Source: Candidatus Saccharimonadota bacterium
Lineage (GTDB): Bacteria > Patescibacteriota > Saccharimonadia > UBA4664
Assembly (NCBI GenBank): GCA_019352195.1
Contig: JACAFG010000007.1
Coordinates: forward strand, 10,046 to 74,045
DNA: 64,000 bases
Direction: 5' to 3'
Positions 59,469 through 64,000 of the stretch are shown piece after piece. Under the pieces are notes generated by a model. The model ran no database searches. It saw nothing but the letters and a program-made list of their open reading frames with translations, and was not told the DNA's origin. The translations under genes and the position numbers were made by a program. Numbering within the stretch: the stretch's first letter is position 1; each line of letters starts with the position of its first letter.

Positions 59469-60818
59469 ATGGCAACCCGTTCAGCTATTTTGGTAATTGT
59501 GGGCATCTCCGGCGATTTAGCCCAGCGCAAGCTGCTGCCTGCGCTCAGTCAGTTAGCAACCGCCAAAGTCCTGCCTGAGCAGTTTATGATTGTCGGCATC
59601 ACCAGACGATCCGACGTTACCATTGAGCCCCTTATCGCTGGTGCCAGTGATCAAACGTACTTGCGAGAGCACCTGCAGCTGTTTCAAATGGATCTGGAAA
59701 CGGCGGCCGATTACGCGCGCCTGTCAGATCATCTCGTGGCGATCGAACATCAATTTGGCACTGCCGCCGACCGCCTGTTTTATTTGTCGGTACCCCCACA
59801 AGTATCGTGGCCAATTATCGAGCTGCTCGGTAAGGCAGGCTTAAACAGCGTTGAAAACGCTAAGTTACTCGTTGAAAAACCCTTTGGGGTTGATATTGCC
59901 AGTGCTACCGAACTCATCGAGCACATTAACGCCTACTTTAAGCCTCATCAGGTGTACCGCATCGATCATTATCTAGCCAAAGAAACGGCCCAAAACCTGG
60001 TGGTTTTCCGCGAAGGTAACACCTTGTTTAAACGGACTTGGAACCATGACTTCATCGAGTCAATTCACATTATCGCCAGTGAGAAAATTGGCATCGAAGG
60101 CCGCGGAAACTTTTACGAATCAACCGGGGCCCTCCGCGATTTGGTCCAAAGCCACTTATTGCAGCTGGCGGCGCTCACGCTCATGGAAACCCCGCCACCA
60201 GACCAGTTTGAAGACATCCCAAATCGTCGTTTAGCGGCCTTACGCCAACTCGGGTTATCACCGACGCTGCCGGTATTAGAGGCCGCCCAACGTGGTCAGT
60301 ACGCGGGCTACGATCTCGAAGCTCGTAACCCCGGCTCTACCACCGAAACCTTTGTCAGCTTGAGCCTGGCGTCAACCGACCCGCGCTGGCAGGGAGTGCC
60401 CATCACCATTACCACCGGCAAGGCGCTGGCCGACAAGGCCACCGAAATTCGTCTCACCTACAAGCAAGACCGCGACTACGAGTCAAATGAGCTGACCTTA
60501 CGTCTCCAGCCCAACGAGGGGATTGAGGTACGTATCTGGACCAAGAAGCCTGGCTACGACGCGGCTTACGAACAACACGGGCTCAGATTTAACTATGCCG
60601 ATCATTTTGATAACCTGCCAGAGGCTTACGAGCGCGTCTTGCTCGATGCCATAAAAGGCGACCACAGCTTATTTGCCTCAAGCGAAGAAGTCCTGGAAAC
60701 CTGGCGTATATTGACTCCTGTCCAAAACGCCTGGGAGCAGGCCGGCCACGCTGGGCTCATTATCTATCCAACCGGCACTTCGTCCCAAGCCGTAACAACC
60801 ATTCCGCCACCAGCTTAG
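59469..60818 (+). CDS. zwf: glucose-6-phosphate 1-dehydrogenase
   Basis: GISGDLA.RKL.PAL, EKPFG, YRIDHYLAKE, RD.VQSHLLQ. Confidence 0.95.
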   Translation: MATRSAILVIVGISGDLAQRKLLPALSQLATAKVLPEQFMIVGITRRSDVTIEPLIAGASDQTYLREHLQLFQMDLETAADYARLSDHLVAIEHQFGTAADRLFYLSVPPQVSWPIIELLGKAGLNSVENAKLLVEKPFGVDIASATELIEHINAYFKPHQVYRIDHYLAKETAQNLVVFREGNTLFKRTWNHDFIESIHIIASEKIGIEGRGNFYESTGALRDLVQSHLLQLAALTLMETPPPDQFEDIPNRRLAALRQLGLSPTLPVLEAAQRGQYAGYDLEARNPGSTTETFVSLSLASTDPRWQGVPITITTGKALADKATEIRLTYKQDRDYESNELTLRLQPNEGIEVRIWTKKPGYDAAYEQHGLRFNYADHFDNLPEAYERVLLDAIKGDHSLFASSEEVLETWRILTPVQNAWEQAGHAGLIIYPTGTSSQAVTTIPPPA

Positions 60819-60852
60819 GCGAACTACTGCCCCCGCGTAACCAGGAGATACC

Positions 60853-61233
60853 ATGGCTCAGACTCGCTACATTCCCGGCGTTTGTAACATTGGGCCGGCC
60901 GAAACAACCAGCCGTCGCCGCATTGGCTGGTTTAGTCTCGCCGCTGCCGTAGTCATAACGGCCGTCATATTCGCGCTCGGCCTGCCCGCCTACACCCGAG
61001 CCATCGCGTTTATTCCGCTGACGATCGCGGCGTCGGGATTCATTCAAGCGCAGCTTCACTTTTGTGCTGGATTTGGCGCCGCCGGAGTCTTTAATTTTGG
61101 CAGTCAGATCGGACAGACCGACACCGTCACCCAAGCCGATTACCGTGCCAAAGACAAGCGCAAGGCCGTCCAAATTACCACCATCTCAGTCCTCATTGGC
61201 GCCGTTATATCCGGCATTCTCGTCCTCATCTAG
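60853..61233 (+). CDS. conserved membrane protein
   Basis: YIPGVCNIG..E...RR, FC..FG; AGGAG RBS. Confidence 0.75.
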   Translation: MAQTRYIPGVCNIGPAETTSRRRIGWFSLAAAVVITAVIFALGLPAYTRAIAFIPLTIAASGFIQAQLHFCAGFGAAGVFNFGSQIGQTDTVTQADYRAKDKRKAVQITTISVLIGAVISGILVLI

Positions 61234-61253
61234 GGTACCGAGGCCGGCCGCCG

Positions 61254-62771
61254 TCAGTCCGGAATCTCGACCTCGTCCCCAAAATGCTTTTTAATTCGTG
61301 CTCGCACGCCGCCTGGTTGTCGGCCCAACAAACTGGCTAAGGTTGCCAAGCCATCACCCGCCTCAAAACGAGCTTTCAGGAGCTCGTCGGCCTCGGCGGG
61401 CCACGGTCTGAAAGCATTGGGATAGGTTTGCCGCATCGTTTGGATGCGCTCGGTCCAATGGCCCGCTTTGGTTTCAGGTTTGTCCACTTCGTCTGCTCGA
61501 CTATTGGCGAGCTCGGCCAGCGGAGCAAAACGGAGGGCGTCCCGGGCGACCTGCTCGCGCAAAGCCCCGTCGATAGCCAGCGCCTCGGGACTAACTTTCA
61601 GCGCTAGTTGATTGATGCCAACCAGACTTAATGTATCGAGACTGCGCACGCGCGACAGCGCCACGTAGCCCATGCCGTAAGTGAACGCGCGACGAAGATC
61701 GATCCGGGCTGCGTCCAAGGTCATGCCCTGACTCTTGTGCACGGTAATCGCCCAAGCCAGCCGCAGCGGCACCTGGGTCAGCGAAGCCCGTTTCTTATCG
61801 CCGTCTCTAAGTTCCCATGTCTCCGGAATGATGGTGAGCTGTTTGCCTGACCTGAGTCGAACCACCGGGTAGCCGGTAAGATCTTCCCAGGCTACTACGG
61901 TCCCGAGCGACCCGTTCATATATTTTCCTTGCGGGTGATTTTTGACACACATGACAAGCGCACCAAGCTTTACCGTCAGCTCGTCCAACGCCAGACAAGA
62001 CCGCCTCAGCGAATCAACGTAATTGGCCTTACCGGTTGTCATCATGACATACGTTTTAGACTCACCTTCCATGCCATCAAGCTGCACCTGATTTATCCAA
62101 TCGACATCGGCGTTGGTCGTATGAAGTTCGGTGACCGGACCTGACAAGTGCGCGTCAAGCCGGGCCAGCAGTGCCTCAGCGTGTCCCCGTCGGACATCAC
62201 CGGCCCGCATCGCGTTAAGAATGCCTAGGAATGTTTCGTCGTTTTGACGATGCTGCTCCTGCAAGTAACAAATCACTGGCGCGAGCGAGATCCATGAGGC
62301 CGAGCCGAAGATAAAGCCGCCTTGCACCGACCCCGCGCGATTAACGGGCGGGAGTTGGAAAAAATCCCCGCACAAAATGACCTGAATCCCGCCAAATGGT
62401 CGGTCGTTCCCTCGTACGGCCTGGACCGCCTGATCAACCAGGTCGAGCCGAAAATCATGCAGCATCGACACTTCATCGATAATGAGAACGTCCGTAGCGG
62501 TAATAATATCGCGGCGGCTTTGGGTTAAATTCTCGGCAAAACGCGGCGGCAAACTATCATGGATTCCGAGTCCGCTCCAGGCATGAATCGTCGTGCCTCC
62601 GAGATGGCTCGCAGCCAATCCAGTCGTAGCCGTCACGGCCACTTTTTTACTCGATTTTCTTGCCAGCTTAATAAATTCACCTAAAACATACGTTTTACCC
62701 GACCCAGCCGGACCCGTCAGCAAAACGTTTTCGCCGCTGAGCATAATTTCGAGTGCCAACGCTTGATCCAT
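61254..62771 (-). CDS. Pif1 family helicase with C-terminal small helical domain
   Basis: TGPAGSGKT, IDEVSM, GDFFQLPPV, PLRLAWAITVHKSQG, YVALSR. Confidence 0.93.
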   Translation of the reverse strand: MDQALALEIMLSGENVLLTGPAGSGKTYVLGEFIKLARKSSKKVAVTATTGLAASHLGGTTIHAWSGLGIHDSLPPRFAENLTQSRRDIITATDVLIIDEVSMLHDFRLDLVDQAVQAVRGNDRPFGGIQVILCGDFFQLPPVNRAGSVQGGFIFGSASWISLAPVICYLQEQHRQNDETFLGILNAMRAGDVRRGHAEALLARLDAHLSGPVTELHTTNADVDWINQVQLDGMEGESKTYVMMTTGKANYVDSLRRSCLALDELTVKLGALVMCVKNHPQGKYMNGSLGTVVAWEDLTGYPVVRLRSGKQLTIIPETWELRDGDKKRASLTQVPLRLAWAITVHKSQGMTLDAARIDLRRAFTYGMGYVALSRVRSLDTLSLVGINQLALKVSPEALAIDGALREQVARDALRFAPLAELANSRADEVDKPETKAGHWTERIQTMRQTYPNAFRPWPAEADELLKARFEAGDGLATLASLLGRQPGGVRARIKKHFGDEVEIPD

Positions 62772-62806
62772 AGACTTCCCATATTAACCGAACACAATCC
62801 GATCTA

Positions 62807-63361
62807 CTAGGTCACTTTTGTGCGAGGATGATAAACGCGCCACTGCCAGATGCCCACCCCGACGAGCGATAGCACCGCTACCGCCAAAATAACGATACGC
62901 TCTAACTTGACCGAGGCTGAGACCGAGCTAGAGTCCCAGACGTCGACCCGTAGCTCGTACGACGTCGAAAAGGAGGCAAACTGGCCGCTCTTAGACGTTC
63001 CCGTGACCATTACCGCATAAACCCCGAGGCGAGGGAACGTCACGTTGGCCACACCTTGTGACTGGCCCGAGGTCATGCCGCCGAGGGGAGCGTCGACGAG
63101 CGTCTTCGAACCGTCTTTTACGCGTACCTGACAATGACAATCGCTCAACTTAAATACGGTGTTTGCGCTAACCGGAATAAAATAAAATTCCAGGCCGGAT
63201 ACTCCTCCGGCCACTGGAGTATCGTTGGGATTAACGTGCAAAATAACGCTCATGCCGTTATTTGTCGCCAGCTGATGAGCCGACACCTCCACCGGAACTA
63301 CCAAACATAGTCCCGCCGCCACTACTGCAAGCATCGATTTTGCCTTGACATTAATACGCAT
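62807..63361 (-). CDS. secreted, membrane-anchored hypothetical protein
   Basis: signal peptide ending VSA-H, LH..P.D.P, C.C, C-terminal TM. Confidence 0.7.
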   Translation of the reverse strand: MRINVKAKSMLAVVAAGLCLVVPVEVSAHQLATNNGMSVILHVNPNDTPVAGGVSGLEFYFIPVSANTVFKLSDCHCQVRVKDGSKTLVDAPLGGMTSGQSQGVANVTFPRLGVYAVMVTGTSKSGQFASFSTSYELRVDVWDSSSVSASVKLERIVILAVAVLSLVGVGIWQWRVYHPRTKVT

Positions 63362-63563
63362 ATACTCACAGTATACGGTGAAGCGGCGCCCGGACCCAAA
63401 CCGACGTGGGAGCCTGGAACAGGCAACTACCAGCGCCATGGCAGCAGGCTCTAGCCAGTCAGGCATCTGCAAAAAGTTTAGCTTTAAAGGCCAACTTTGG
63501 AGAATCTTCCAATGCCCGCTGGCAACCGTAGTCGGTATACTTCACCCAATTACGGAGACTGTT

Positions 63564-63755
63564 ATGGCAAACGATGATCAATATCCCGAGTCTGAAGAAA
63601 TCACGGAGTCAGAGGTCGAGTTCGTTGCCGACGATCCTGTCACGGGTGATGAAACGCGTCCAAATATGAAACTCGTGCTCGGCCTCTTTTCTGGCATGCT
63701 CGTTTTGCTAGGACTCGTTTTAGGGCTCGCGCTCGGGCGAAGTCGTAACGCATAG
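63564..63755 (+). CDS. small acidic membrane protein
   Basis: GGAG RBS, acidic N-terminus, C-terminal TM. Confidence 0.55.
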   Translation: MANDDQYPESEEITESEVEFVADDPVTGDETRPNMKLVLGLFSGMLVLLGLVLGLALGRSRNA

Positions 63756-63816
63756 TTCTAAGTCTGCTCTCAGTCTTACTCTGCTACCTTAGCGTTATAG
63801 CTTAAGGAATCATCGC

Positions 63817-64000
63817 ATGAGTGTAATCGCCCGAGGCATTCGCAATGCCTTCAGAAATGTCGTTCGTACCATTTCGCTCGTTGTTATTATTGGCCTGAGC
63901 GTTGGGCTGGCACTCACCATGCTCGTATCGCGACAGGCCATTGATAGTAAAATTGCCAGTATTAAGAGTTCCATCGGTAATACGATCACTATTTCGGCCG
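63817..64000 (+). CDS. ABC transporter permease (MacB/FtsX-like), 5' part only
   Basis: AAGGA RBS; RG.RNAFRN..RT....IIGLS.GLAL; runs off the window. Confidence 0.7.
   Translation, partial: MSVIARGIRNAFRNVVRTISLVVIIGLSVGLALTMLVSRQAIDSKIASIKSSIGNTITISA

Overview
This window looks like a ~50% GC bacterial chromosome segment of Patescibacteria/CPR type, most like Saccharimonadia. That assignment is inferred from gene content and style; the standard genetic code is used. Positions 2-20 kb are housekeeping: rplJ-rplL with an L10 leader, ITPase, dnaX, dnaB, a GtrA/GT-C/GT2 glycosylation cluster, ybaB-recR, a DHH nuclease, cysS, an ABC exporter and an MprF-like enzyme. tRNA-Gln(TTG) at 20466-20540 anchors an accessory region. 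Its first ~7.5 kb is a tandem array of short cassettes (two TA pairs, a nucleotidyltransferase, orphans, a flavin-transfer cluster) separated by degenerate ~30-nt copies of the tRNA 3' end, with no integrase in view. About 30.7-39.5 kb looks like a decayed mobile element: a replication-relaxation protein, a probable DGR target gene, an ssDNA-promoter-like hairpin with DUF3768, a type III hammerhead ribozyme, a duplicated small RNA, SRAP and a Y-family polymerase. From 39.6 to 64 kb are metabolic and membrane genes (yaaA, cls, tgt, eno, SAM-riboswitch-metK, DUF3800 with a downstream RNA, trhO, apbE, zwf, Pif1), plus an unexplained ~460-nt promoter-to-terminator structured non-coding region at 56.42-56.89 kb. 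All calls are by eye; no searches were run.
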